64,000 nt of DNA from NCBI GenBank assembly GCA_035493895.1, contig DATJHM010000048.1, positions 725-64,724 of the forward strand. The letters are read 5' to 3'. Positions within the stretch are counted from its first letter, which is position 1; each line of letters starts with the position of its first letter. A program made the position numbers and the translations under genes. This document shows, in pieces, positions 14,201-23,174 of this stretch. The notes under the pieces are model-generated. The model made no database searches, had not been told where the DNA came from, and saw nothing but the letters and a program-made list of their open reading frames with translations. This stretch comes from Ktedonobacteraceae bacterium (lineage in GTDB: Bacteria > Chloroflexota > Ktedonobacteria > Ktedonobacterales > Ktedonobacteraceae).

Positions 14201-16429
14201 TCACTCGAGGGTACCCGCTGGCGTCACGATGAGCTGTCGCGCGAGGTGGAGCGTTTGAATAGCGCCATCCAGGAGGTTGGTGCTCAAATAGAACAGGAAG
14301 CCGCTCTCAAGCCACTGAAAGCGTTGCTCGAAACATTTCGTCGCGTCTTCAAACGTTTTAGCGAAATGCAGCATCTGGCACCGGAGCTGGAGATCGAGCC
14401 AACTCCGCTTGGAGGTGGCCTGCCTGATGATATGCCCGAGACTGCGCTGGTGATCCGCATTCATAATCCCGGCCCTGGCAAAGTCAGCGATCTGCGCATC
14501 TCCTGTACTGAGAAGGGATTGACCGCCTCGCAGGGCGAAGTAACGCTGAACTGTCTGGAGCAGGGAGAGAATGCTGTCGTCGCTATCCCTGTGCTTGTGC
14601 AGGTGCCCGCAGAGGCAATCCAGCTCGATTTTCAGATTACGTTGACCTACCAATGGGGGATTATCAAGGATATGAGCTGTATCTGTCCGCTCAAGGTTCG
14701 GCTCTTCAATTTCCACGATTTCTTACGCCAGCATGATATTCACGATTATGAGCTGCCCAATCCGTACATTTTCAATCGTCCCATCGACTTTTCTGAGGAT
14801 GATCACCGTCTCTTCCAGGGACGTGAGAGCGAGCTTGCGCTGATCCGCACGATCTTTTTCAAGCGGCAGATGACCGGCGCTCCCCTCTATTTCCACGGGA
14901 TTCGCAGGGTGGGAAAGACGTCGCTACTCAATCGCATTGTGCTGGAATTGCGGAAAGAGGCGTTCTTTCCCTGCGTTGTCGATCTCAAAAGCGTGAAAGC
15001 CGCGCAGCACCCGTTAGAGGTCACGATCAACAGTTTTACACAGAGCATCCTGCGCGATGCGCAAAGTCAGGGCCTGGATGTAGAGGGTCTGGAGTCTGTG
15101 GGAGCGAGCCATCCAGATCCGCTTCTCGGCGTTGAGCGTTTCTTCGCGGCGCTGCGCGAACGGACCGGTCGACTCCAGCTTGTGCTGCTCCTGGACGAGT
15201 TCTATCTCCTCGTTGCCGAGCGCACGACGCCTTTGCTGGACCTGTTGCGCCATATTCATCAGAGTGGGATGATTCTCTTTATTATGTCCGGTTGGATGCG
15301 CCCGGAACCGCTACGCCGCGCCTGCCCGGAGACGCAACTCTTCCCGCTCACAGAAAGGCCGCTCGATTTTCTCTCAGTTCACGCTGTTCGTCAGGTACTG
15401 CTTGCGCCGGTTGCGGGCTATGGCATTGAAATTCCTGATCATACCGTGCAGCGTGTCTTCTGGCAGACTGCTGGCAATCCTTACCACGTTGCGCGCATGG
15501 CCTATGAAGGGGTGGATCGGCTCAATGCCCAGCATCGCACCGTGCTGGCTCCACAGGATATCGATGCGATCGCCGAGCGTCTGGCCAGCGAGCCCGCCAA
15601 CTTCACCTCATCGTTGTTCAGCCCCTTAATTCTCAGTCCGGAGGAACAGCGTGAGGCGATCCGCTTTGCCAGAGGTTTAAACGGGAAGCGTGACTATCTC
15701 GACTTTGCGGAAGCCTCGCGCACATTTGATCTGGACATTATTCGTGGGTTGGAAGAGAAATATATTCTTGAGTACCTGCGTGATGAGAAGGGAGAGCGTC
15801 TACGTGTGCGCAGCAAGATGCTGGCGACGTTCCTGGGGAGTCGTATGACCGAGCCCATCGTCCTGCCGCCGCCGCCATCCCATGAGAAACGCGTGGGATT
15901 ATTCGTCGATTACGAAAATCTCCGCCCCCTCATGCCCGCCAGCATGACGGCCAGGGAGGTCGGCGAGATGCTCGTCACCTATGCTGCTCGTTTTGGCGAA
16001 GTCGTCTGTTGTTGGGCCTGTGCTGATCCGCGCAACATTCGCGATCTCGCCAGCGTCAAACTCGAACTGGAGCAGGTCGGTTTCCAGCTTCAGACGCCGA
16101 GCGGTGAGCCTCAGACCGGGCAATCCAGCAAGAACCTGTCGGACTTCGTGCTCATCGAACGTATCATCGACGAAAGCACGCACACCGATCCCAGCATCTA
16201 TATCATCGTCAGTGGAGACAAAGATTACTACGAACGCATCAACACGCTTCTGAACGGAGGTTGTACCGTGCGTCTCTGCGCCTCCATCAGCGCTGGCAAT
16301 CTGGCCGAGAAGTATCATACCCTGGAGACAGAACGTCATCAGTATCAACTCGCCGAAGGCAAACCAGAGCGCGATTTCTTTATCGACGATCTGGATGCCG
16401 TCTTGAAACTCAAAGTGAACAACCCGTAG
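11285..16429 (+). CDS. 1714-aa multidomain protein: N-terminal zinc ribbon, long helical region, STAND/ORC-like P-loop ATPase, C-terminal NYN (LabA-like) ribonuclease domain
   Basis: CWNCHAVLPEGAKFCGRCG (zinc ribbon). FQGRESEL...YFHGIRRVGKTSLLNRI (Walker A, about 14896-14925) and LVLLLDEF (Walker B). The NYN motifs are VGLFVDYENL (about 15893) and IIVSGDKDYYERI (about 16204). Strong RBS and ATG start. Confidence 0.85.
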   Translation: MLSCWNCHAVLPEGAKFCGRCGNKQDTAASVLPSSLLTVPHSTQLVATDLVHHDQPVATDLHHDHSAAPTFTIYSAVLPIKTWLAEHRATIAAKLLTVLVYVNTRRNENRELFETNSGRETPPLEDRSWDKVAFIAGLYARFMWRYELNAEQKRNLWDALCWSVLYERALRPKMADARFAELVGFFNGCAGDSEFFAYMLLSMPLLLEYVDTSNIHKLLTASERLGNSSDVVHLRALLHQRLVMPADVDLESTQLTVLADQPGPRREWARIILAIEHLWQFLDKKRESSNQRALTFARENPMDSTTPSQLATLGGVICRNVVFRYAHNSTLPGSMLTAEQLADAIALAEYSIRYSSGDYIGKAEYYYLLLSSLRDLRTHVLSADVLVSALKRQFAPEGLARISEFSWSDLLGIVTRYLSECRLAETIDVVEVESWIRALADLAPQFQLEARKVFVSEVRQHGVRDSMALRALQGESLEMVSETHDRGPLAFLGQERYKELLTCIRTSRLDRLGEILREARPKLFAELSRLLTDQKFAEILPPRRSLRIRGRNANALDRFQEAKTLIQSENVAEQQEGLALFERAQADTAREYQPVAREWRLFAIACVRARYQAVPLWEEDRCKGVASWEEIWNLAVFYVHVGKIDQALELLVPGVERQRAPFSHLRFALYCSVQILGQGSHSQHESIEAAETFLMEHLKQYPLPECYLAWSLLVSERESVDRAQSTNNMMKQLTILTKFNELLDHPILILKPEESVSDSALETFEKELRRLDLDDVWRFWIHDYAQRNRYKFSAWQALSDAYERAGESTGAEKSLKHVADTQLDMYLKQREKSSAVVSNLLHLRNHLCKLFDFYQRQGRLLDDDVFARFKHYRTTVPELWHERESANTKLIKQTRPLLEKLGRTGSTNESSATQAPQKAWYALASELTTVQEIATLKSLQARIHTHVHLLTDAQKQGQDDVAGVLSLLDDLCSLEGTRWRHDELSREVERLNSAIQEVGAQIEQEAALKPLKALLETFRRVFKRFSEMQHLAPELEIEPTPLGGGLPDDMPETALVIRIHNPGPGKVSDLRISCTEKGLTASQGEVTLNCLEQGENAVVAIPVLVQVPAEAIQLDFQITLTYQWGIIKDMSCICPLKVRLFNFHDFLRQHDIHDYELPNPYIFNRPIDFSEDDHRLFQGRESELALIRTIFFKRQMTGAPLYFHGIRRVGKTSLLNRIVLELRKEAFFPCVVDLKSVKAAQHPLEVTINSFTQSILRDAQSQGLDVEGLESVGASHPDPLLGVERFFAALRERTGRLQLVLLLDEFYLLVAERTTPLLDLLRHIHQSGMILFIMSGWMRPEPLRRACPETQLFPLTERPLDFLSVHAVRQVLLAPVAGYGIEIPDHTVQRVFWQTAGNPYHVARMAYEGVDRLNAQHRTVLAPQDIDAIAERLASEPANFTSSLFSPLILSPEEQREAIRFARGLNGKRDYLDFAEASRTFDLDIIRGLEEKYILEYLRDEKGERLRVRSKMLATFLGSRMTEPIVLPPPPSHEKRVGLFVDYENLRPLMPASMTAREVGEMLVTYAARFGEVVCCWACADPRNIRDLASVKLELEQVGFQLQTPSGEPQTGQSSKNLSDFVLIERIIDESTHTDPSIYIIVSGDKDYYERINTLLNGGCTVRLCASISAGNLAEKYHTLETERHQYQLAEGKPERDFFIDDLDAVLKLKVNNP

Positions 16430-16500
16430 AGTCGCCGCTCGCCTGCCCTGTCACGGAAAGAAGGTGACGCTCCCATCATTTCTGACCACCATCGTGCCCA

Positions 16501-17165
16501 GTAGGGACGCCATGTCGAATGGCGTCCGCCCCCACCGGCCATCTCGCCCTTCTGCACACATCGGGATCGCGCTTCCTGCCTCTCCAATACGTATCAACCT
16601 GAGGGGCAAGATGGCCGGTGGGGGGGCGCGGACCGGCATAAAGCCCGGTCCCCTACCTCAGCCCTTCTTCGAGGAGTGGGAGCATCGGTGCCCCCTTGCC
16701 AAAGACGATACGACCCGCAAAACAGAACAGGTAGGGACCGGGCTTTATGCCGGTCCAATACGCATCAACCTAAGAATAGATGAGCCATTGGAGATGGCCG
16801 GTGGGGCACGCGGGCAGGAACAAACCCATTGTGGGCCCCGGCCACGACGTTGGTGACAGTAGAGGCACAGTTCCGCTGCGGCTCCACCGTGCCTCTACTG
16901 ATCCATTGACGAGGTGAGGGAGTGCCTGCGAACTCGCTCGATTTCCCTGGCTCCGCCGCAGGAACGCGCTAGGATCGGTGCCCTTCGCATCCAACCACGA
17001 GCGCGAAAAAGCTGGTCGCTCTCCCTTTGGCCCTCTCGCATACCTCATCCTTTCTTAGGTTGATGCGTATTGACCGGGCTTTATGCCGGTCCGCGGCCCC
17101 CACCGGCCATCTCCAATAACTCACCCTTTCTCTGGTTGATGCGTATTGGGCATAGACCCGCCGCG
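16501..17165. repeat. Mosaic of REP/BIME-like elements (families a, b, d plus GCCCCCACCGGCCATCTC boxes and CAATACGCATCAACC boxes) in both orientations
   Basis: Elements include GTAGGGACGCCATGTCGAATGGCGTCC (16501), GGACCGGCATAAAGCCCGGTCCCCTAC (about 16627), GTAGGGACCGGGCTTTATGCCGGTCC (about 16733), GTAGAGGCAC...GTGCCTCTAC (about 16861-16903), and the GGTTGATGCGTATTG / CAATACGCATCAACC boxes. Confidence 0.75.
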
Positions 17166-17230
17166 CTTCTACAAAATACTGCGCATGGTCATTTGCTGAC
17201 CTGCGTTGCGAACCCTACAACATAGCATAG

Positions 17231-17256
17231 AGGGTACCCATGCCACCGGGTACCTT
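17231..17256 (-). terminator. Hairpin just downstream of the permease stop
   Basis: AGGGTACC ... GGGTACCTT forms a stem of about 8 bp, 10 nt after the stop at 17266. Confidence 0.35.
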
Positions 17257-17265
17257 GCAAATCGT

Positions 17266-18690
17266 CTACCGCACCTCAACCTCACTTAACTCTGCCTTCG
17301 CCGTTACCGTTTTGTGTGCAAACACAAAACGCGCAAGCAGCCAGTACAGGACACCGCCGACAATGAAGCCGGTAAAAACGCTCATATCAGAGTTGTGAAA
17401 GAGCTTTGCGAGCGGCCCCACAATCAAAGTAGAGTTTAACCAGAGCGCAGAAGCAATCATACCCACAATCTGCGCAATGATCCCGGCTGGATTGATGCCG
17501 CCTTGATACCAGTAAGGGCCTCCCAAGCGCGCAAATAATCCTGGAACATCATAGATATTGTGGCGCATCCAGGCGTCCATCAGATAGATCGCACACCAGG
17601 GAGCCAGGAAAATAATGAGCAACGAAAGGAATTCGCCATACAGCGTATTAAAGCTCGAAGAGAAAATCGCAATCGCCGCCAGGACCGTACAAATCACCAT
17701 ATCGACAGTCGTGGCCTGCCAGCGTTTAAGTGGTAGCCCCAGCGCCTGCAAGGTCAAACCGGAAGAGTACAGATCAATGGCATTCACCGCCAGCATGTTC
17801 ACGCAGAGCAGCAGTAAATAGGGGACAAGAAACCAGCCAGCCAGCGCTGATGGTAGCCCGGAGATAGGATCAGAGGCCCCCGGCAGGCGTGTTGCAACGG
17901 CCGCTCCCAGGATTTCGAGCAGTACAGCAGGGATCATTCCTCCAAGAGAAGAAGCCCAGATGACTGGTCCGGAGCGCACCGTTTTCGGCAGATAGCGCGA
18001 GTAATCGCTGCCCGTATTCGCCCAGGAGATACCGCCTCCCGAGACCATCAGGGCAAATCCTACCGTCATCGCCGCAAAAGAACCGCTTTGTCCTCCCGAG
18101 AGCTGCACTTTGCCTGCAACCATCACGGCTACAATGATGAAGAACAGCAGGAAAATCCAGGCCAGCACCTTTTGAAATGCCATGATTGCCGCATGCCCTA
18201 CGGTCGGGAGATAGATCTGTACCGCCGCAACAACGAGGATCACCACAATCTTGAACCACGCTGCATCGCTAAACGTTATGCCAACCGCATGCGTCAGCGT
18301 GAGAATGGCAATCACGGCCAGCGCTAAACCAGAACCTTCAAAACCAATCAGTGTGCACCAGTTAAAAAAGGAGAGCAGGCGTCCACCATTAGGACCGAAT
18401 GAGGCGCGGTTAATGGCAAAGGTCGCAGTCCCCGTGCGTGGTCCCTGAATGCTGGTCAACCCCAGCAAAAAGAAAGCCAGGTTTCCTACAAGAATAACTC
18501 CCAGGCTCTGATAGAAAGATAATCCCAGGGAAATAAGCAACGCACCATTGATAATATAAAATACATTCGCATTGGTTCCTAGCCAGAGGAAAAAGAGGTC
18601 GCGTGGGCGTCCCCGCCGCTCATTTTCTGGTACGACTTCGATGCCGCGCTGTTCAATCGTACCGCTCTGCGCTTCTTGTTCTGTCGCCAT
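17266..18690 (-). CDS. purine-cytosine permease (NCS1 family transporter)
   Basis: 474 aa with about 12 TM helices. The N-terminus GIEVVPENERRGRPRDLFFLWLGTNANV is typical of CodB-like NCS1 permeases. Confidence 0.85.
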   Translation of the reverse strand: MATEQEAQSGTIEQRGIEVVPENERRGRPRDLFFLWLGTNANVFYIINGALLISLGLSFYQSLGVILVGNLAFFLLGLTSIQGPRTGTATFAINRASFGPNGGRLLSFFNWCTLIGFEGSGLALAVIAILTLTHAVGITFSDAAWFKIVVILVVAAVQIYLPTVGHAAIMAFQKVLAWIFLLFFIIVAVMVAGKVQLSGGQSGSFAAMTVGFALMVSGGGISWANTGSDYSRYLPKTVRSGPVIWASSLGGMIPAVLLEILGAAVATRLPGASDPISGLPSALAGWFLVPYLLLLCVNMLAVNAIDLYSSGLTLQALGLPLKRWQATTVDMVICTVLAAIAIFSSSFNTLYGEFLSLLIIFLAPWCAIYLMDAWMRHNIYDVPGLFARLGGPYWYQGGINPAGIIAQIVGMIASALWLNSTLIVGPLAKLFHNSDMSVFTGFIVGGVLYWLLARFVFAHKTVTAKAELSEVEVR

Positions 18691-19469
18691 TAGCTCTGTA
18701 ACTCCTGTAATTGTCGTAGTTCTTGTAAAACGGGGATGCGCTCCAGCATACCAGGCTCAAGGCGTTCCCAGACGACATGCCCCGGTTGATGTCCATATTC
18801 TGCGGGGACGGTAATCGTTTGTGTTGGGGTCACAATGAGATCAACGCGCGTATCGAACACGGAACCGGGCAGGGCGACTTCAACTACCTGCACATCATGT
18901 CCCGCGCAGACAACGGTCGGGTTCTCGGTCAGGCAGTGCGTCTCAGAAAACATGGCCCATTCCAGGTCGAAGTAGCCATGCCCTTTGCCAAAGCGGACAC
19001 CTGACGTGCTGATGGCCGATGCACCTGTTACCAGCAGATCGAACTTGCCAAGCGCCGCAACTTCTGCCAGTCCGAGGGGCAGCGCAAAACGATCCATGCC
19101 GTCCAATGTCGCCGCCCAACCATAATTTTGCGCTGGAATACGCGCCGGATCGATATAGAGAAACCCACGTGCGATGCCATATGTGGACATCACAAATCGC
19201 TTCCCATCCTCCATCGCTTTTCGGCGCAGCACTTCCAGATTGTTGTCCGGTGTGATAAACATCAATGTGCTATTCTGCCATGCGGGAAGTTCCTGAATAC
19301 GTCGTGCTCCATCCTCAGAACCTTCATAGTCAGTAATAAACTCTGCAAAGTTCCAATGAAAACGCGAATCCGGTCGCGCCACCTTGCGCAAGGCTTGCCA
19401 GACGTGCTCGCGTATCGCCTCCTTTGTGAGGAGATCCGCAGGATGCTGGGAGTTTCTGTCTGATGTCAT
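18690..19469 (-). CDS. 5-formyltetrahydrofolate cyclo-ligase family protein
   Basis: 259 aa. The GVRFGKGHGYFDLEW motif resembles the GxGGGYYD signature of the family. Its stop overlaps the permease start, which suggests an operon. Confidence 0.6.
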   Translation of the reverse strand: MTSDRNSQHPADLLTKEAIREHVWQALRKVARPDSRFHWNFAEFITDYEGSEDGARRIQELPAWQNSTLMFITPDNNLEVLRRKAMEDGKRFVMSTYGIARGFLYIDPARIPAQNYGWAATLDGMDRFALPLGLAEVAALGKFDLLVTGASAISTSGVRFGKGHGYFDLEWAMFSETHCLTENPTVVCAGHDVQVVEVALPGSVFDTRVDLIVTPTQTITVPAEYGHQPGHVVWERLEPGMLERIPVLQELRQLQELQS

Positions 19470-19858
19470 AGTTATTTTATGCTCCTTGATAGAGAGAAAA
19501 TAGAGGACAATTGCTCCTTCTTCAGCGTTTGTTTGTTCTTCATTTGAGCCGCCGAGATCAAAAATATCTCATGTGGGGATAGCCAAATGTTTCATCTTGC
19601 GTGGTGTACTTCAGCGGCGAAGGAGGTCGTCAGTGTGATAAGACAAGATGGTATCCTGATTTTACTCATTTGATCTTGTTGTAGAGTATAATCAATGTCT
19701 CTTTGTTCATTCTATGGATGATATGCCCAAAAAATAGGCACCGTAATTCAACAATTCACACAAACATGCCACACGACTCCTCAGCAGGAACTCATCCGCC
19801 GCTCAGACGTCTTCTTCTATGGGCTGATGCATATACCAGCCCAGGAAAGAAGAAAACG

Positions 19859-20296
19859 ATGAAAATACTACACTGGGGATGGATACTCTTGTTGGGATTC
19901 TTGCTTGTCGCATGTGGAAAAACGCCTCAGCAACCGACCGCACTGCATGTGTTGCGTCCTGCCAGTCAATTCCCCGTCTTTGGTCAACCGTTCCCTCGTC
20001 TGGAACGCACCACTCATGATACAACAACTATCCAACAACTGTATGCCGCTGCACAGGCCCTTCCGGTCGTCGATCTGGGAAAGGTCTACCATTGCCCTGC
20101 TGACTTTGGCGTGGTCTACCAGCTGGACTTTCAGGCTGGGAGCGACCTGCTCCAACACATGGATGTACAGGCCAGTGGCTGTCAGTGGGTCCATCTGAGC
20201 TCCACTGATGTTCGTCAGAGCAATGCTGCATTCAGCCGTCTCCTGGCAAGCACGATTGGTATCCCTTCGTTGCTGCCAGTAGTGAAGCATACCTGA
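19859..20296 (+). CDS. hypothetical lipoprotein
   Basis: MKILHWGWILLLGFLLVAC is a signal peptide with a lipobox (LVAC). An AGGAAAGAAG RBS lies upstream. The ORF-track start at 19703 is less likely. Confidence 0.6.
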   Translation: MKILHWGWILLLGFLLVACGKTPQQPTALHVLRPASQFPVFGQPFPRLERTTHDTTTIQQLYAAAQALPVVDLGKVYHCPADFGVVYQLDFQAGSDLLQHMDVQASGCQWVHLSSTDVRQSNAAFSRLLASTIGIPSLLPVVKHT

Positions 20297-20420
20297 TCAC
20301 AGGGAGGTGTTTTTTTGTCTCTATCCGGATCGTCCACGCTTTTCCCTGCACTGACAAAACCGTTTTCGCGATATGCAGGGAGAATATACCTGAAGCGCGT
20401 TCGCGTTTTGTGCTATTCAT

Positions 20421-20459
20421 GCCCATGGCTCTCACACATTGTGCATGAGAGCCATGGGC
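20421..20459 (-). terminator. Hairpin terminator downstream of the MscS gene
   Basis: GCCCATGGCTCTCA (20421-20434) pairs with TGAGAGCCATGGGC (20446-20459), a 14-bp perfect stem 15 nt after the stop. Confidence 0.6.
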
Positions 20460-20473
20460 GTGAATGAAGCAAA

Positions 20474-21502
20474 TTATCGATTGGGTGTAAGGTGTACGGT
20501 CTGCGTTGGATAGGCAAATTCGATGTTTTCCTCAGAGAAAGCAGTGATGAGCTGAAAATTAATGGCCTGTTGGATATCCATGTAGGTGTTATAGTTTCCC
20601 GATAGGACATAATATACAACTTCGAACAAATAGGCTGAGTTCCCAAATGAAAGCAGATGTGCGCGATCGAAGCGTGTATTTTCGGATGCGGTGATAATGT
20701 CCCGTACATGGTGCGGAATCTTTTCTAATTTCTCGAGTGGCGTTTCGTAGGCCACGTTAAAAGAAAATACGATGCGCCGCTCTTGCATCTTTTTAAAATT
20801 TTGAATGCGTGTAGAGGTCAGCTCACTATTGGGGATAACAAGCTCCTCGCCTTGCAAAGCGCGGATACGCGTGGTTTTGATCCCTACTTTTTCGACGATA
20901 CCCATCTGCGTACCGACGATAATAAAATCATCTTTGACAAAGGGCTTATCAAAGTAAATGGCGAAATAACTAAATAAATCGCCAAGAATGCTCTGCACGG
21001 CAAGAGCTACAGCGACACCGCCAATGCCAAATCCTGCAACCAGTGATGTCACATTGATTCCCAGGTTGGAAAGGATAAAAAGCAAGCCAAAGGCCCAGAG
21101 GCTCACTTTGACGATCAACTGGATCATGTCTCTGATGTGTGCGGCACTTGATCCATTTGCTGCCTTTACTCTTTGCGCCACGCTATAATCAAGGAAAATC
21201 AGCACGACGGTCACTAATTGATAGACCACGCTGATAATGAAGATCGCATCGATGATCTTGCGAATGGTCGCATGGAGAACGAGAAATTGTATCGCAATAT
21301 AGAATGCAATAACAATATAGACAGGGAGCTTTATCGATACAAACATCGAGACGATAACGTCATCAATGGTGTTTTTTGTATGTTCTGTCAGGGATTTGAG
21401 CCTGTTGAGGATAATATACTTGAAAACAAGGGAGAGACTGAGCGCTATGAGAAAGGCCACCAGCGCATACAAACAGTTGGAAAGGGTATTTCCCAGGACC
21501 AT
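20474..21502 (-). CDS. mechanosensitive ion channel (MscS family)
   Basis: 342 aa with N-terminal TM helices and the beta-domain motif IIVGTQMGIVEKVGIKTTRIRALQGEELVIPNSEL. Confidence 0.85.
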   Translation of the reverse strand: MVLGNTLSNCLYALVAFLIALSLSLVFKYIILNRLKSLTEHTKNTIDDVIVSMFVSIKLPVYIVIAFYIAIQFLVLHATIRKIIDAIFIISVVYQLVTVVLIFLDYSVAQRVKAANGSSAAHIRDMIQLIVKVSLWAFGLLFILSNLGINVTSLVAGFGIGGVAVALAVQSILGDLFSYFAIYFDKPFVKDDFIIVGTQMGIVEKVGIKTTRIRALQGEELVIPNSELTSTRIQNFKKMQERRIVFSFNVAYETPLEKLEKIPHHVRDIITASENTRFDRAHLLSFGNSAYLFEVVYYVLSGNYNTYMDIQQAINFQLITAFSEENIEFAYPTQTVHLTPNR

Positions 21503-21734
21503 AAAGATAAAGAATCCTTTCTAAAGACCTGCTTCGAGAGGAGAAAGACAGATAGTGAATCAAAACAGCGCCCTGGACAGACAAATAGGACCCGATGGTG
21601 TCTTGGCCCCAGGTAACGCATGTTCTGATTGTATAGTATGCCAAAAAGTCGTAGGAAAGGGAAGGAAGAAGCCCAGAAGTCCAGGACTGATAAGGTTTTA
21701 GTGACGATCAGCTTGCATCATCTGAGGTCCAGAC

Positions 21735-22847
21735 TCAATCCGGGATATGAGAGAGTGCCAGCAGTGTTTCCATATAGCGGGAAAAGGCCGCATAGGGACC
21801 GACAAAGGGAATTTCCTGTTGCAGGGTATGTAGTTGCTCAGGCGTGAAGCCTCGTGCGTGCAGATTGTGCAACCAGACCTGCGCTTTTTTGATACGAGCG
21901 AGATCATTTGCTGAAAGCGGTTGATCCGGTAGACCTCGCCCGTAGTTGTAGCGACGCACAAGATCTGGATCGAGAAGATAGGAGCGTAGCAATGGCAGAA
22001 GGATGAGTTGTAGCGCTTCCCCACTGACGCGAGGCTGGAGAAAAGCGCTCATATCCTGCGCATCAGGTAGCGTTGCCGTACTCATCGTGTGCAGCAGGCG
22101 GTTACGAGCTTCCAGTGCCGTACGCACAGGATGGAGCAGGTGCCCCTGCGCATCCAGCCGTATCTCGTCAAGTGCGCCAATCAGCGTTGCACCGTAGCCC
22201 AGGCGACCCACCCAGCCCGTGAGCGAAAGCTCTTGCGTTGCGTTCGCCTGCTGAAGCCAGGATTGTCCCAGCGTACGATCAATGGGCCAGCGCAGCCAGA
22301 TGCGGGGAGGCGTGACTTGCGGATCGAGAAAGAGTAGCTCGTGCGTGGTCTGCAAGATCGCTTCGAGAAATGCCTCCTGCTTCTCACGGCGATTAGTCCC
22401 GATAATCCAGATATCCAGAATCCCAGCCTGACGATAGGCGTTGTGGCGCTTGCGCCATTCCTCGATATCCAGTGGAGCGCATTGAAATTCAAGCGCCCAG
22501 CAGCGATCATCGCTCTGGCGCACGAAAATATCGGCGATGCGGTTCGGTTCTGGCAATCGTTCCTCAAGCGAGATCGTCGCCCTGGGAAATTGGGTATGGA
22601 GCCAGTGGGCCAGTACCGACTTCCCGCGCATATGGCGCAGCGATTCGCTCTCTGTGCTCCATGCGCATTCGCCTTTTTGATGGGCAAAATGCAATTGCGT
22701 ACGCTTCTCGGGTCCCCCACGGAGATGTACCACCCCTCGACAGTTGGGACAATACAACGTATGCGCGCGGGACCACTGCTGCAATTGCGTCAGTTGTGTC
22801 TCTTCGGCAACGATCGGACTGGCATCAGGACCATAGGCAACGAGCAT
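21735..22847 (-). CDS. competence protein CoiA-like family protein (putative nuclease)
   Basis: The N-terminal CPNCRGVVHLRGG...HFAHQKGEC zinc-finger-like segment is followed by DIFV...ALEFQC, resembling the CoiA family layout. Confidence 0.55.
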   Translation of the reverse strand: MLVAYGPDASPIVAEETQLTQLQQWSRAHTLYCPNCRGVVHLRGGPEKRTQLHFAHQKGECAWSTESESLRHMRGKSVLAHWLHTQFPRATISLEERLPEPNRIADIFVRQSDDRCWALEFQCAPLDIEEWRKRHNAYRQAGILDIWIIGTNRREKQEAFLEAILQTTHELLFLDPQVTPPRIWLRWPIDRTLGQSWLQQANATQELSLTGWVGRLGYGATLIGALDEIRLDAQGHLLHPVRTALEARNRLLHTMSTATLPDAQDMSAFLQPRVSGEALQLILLPLLRSYLLDPDLVRRYNYGRGLPDQPLSANDLARIKKAQVWLHNLHARGFTPEQLHTLQQEIPFVGPYAAFSRYMETLLALSHIPD

Positions 22848-23174
22848 AACGCATTCTCAAGTTCTTGAATAGAGTTGTATACTGACAAACATCAACACAA
22901 TCTCTTGATCTGGTACCAGGATATAAAAAAACTATACCATAGAAGCACTTTCTTACCAGTGCGTTGCGACAGGCCTTTATTCCATGTTATTCTGGTGCAT
23001 CTACTTCTCTCCTGTCCTGCGTACGAAAAATTGTCATCATGATCATTGTAGTAGGAATAATAGAAAGAGCCCATGATCTGGGCTTTCCGTCACATTGTTG
23101 TGTGTGTCTATGGCTCTTGTGCGTAATGCGTGATGGAGGTAGAGGTATAAACGTGGATATAAGTAGATCAGAGA

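Noticed and set aside
16501-17165. A possible CRISPR array among the repeated palindromes here and at 27.8-29.0 kb, 46.2-46.5 kb and 48.5-49.8 kb.
   Set aside because: The repeats occur in both orientations, at irregular spacing, with mixed families and conserved (not unique) inter-repeat sequence. No cas genes are present. The pattern fits REP/BIME-like elements.
19470-19700. A possible riboswitch (ZTP/THF type) in the 230-nt leader of the 5-FCL-family / NCS1 permease operon.
   Set aside because: I recognised none of the conserved cores of the ZTP, THF, purine or guanidine classes in either strand. It remains an unexplained long leader, but I have no positive evidence.
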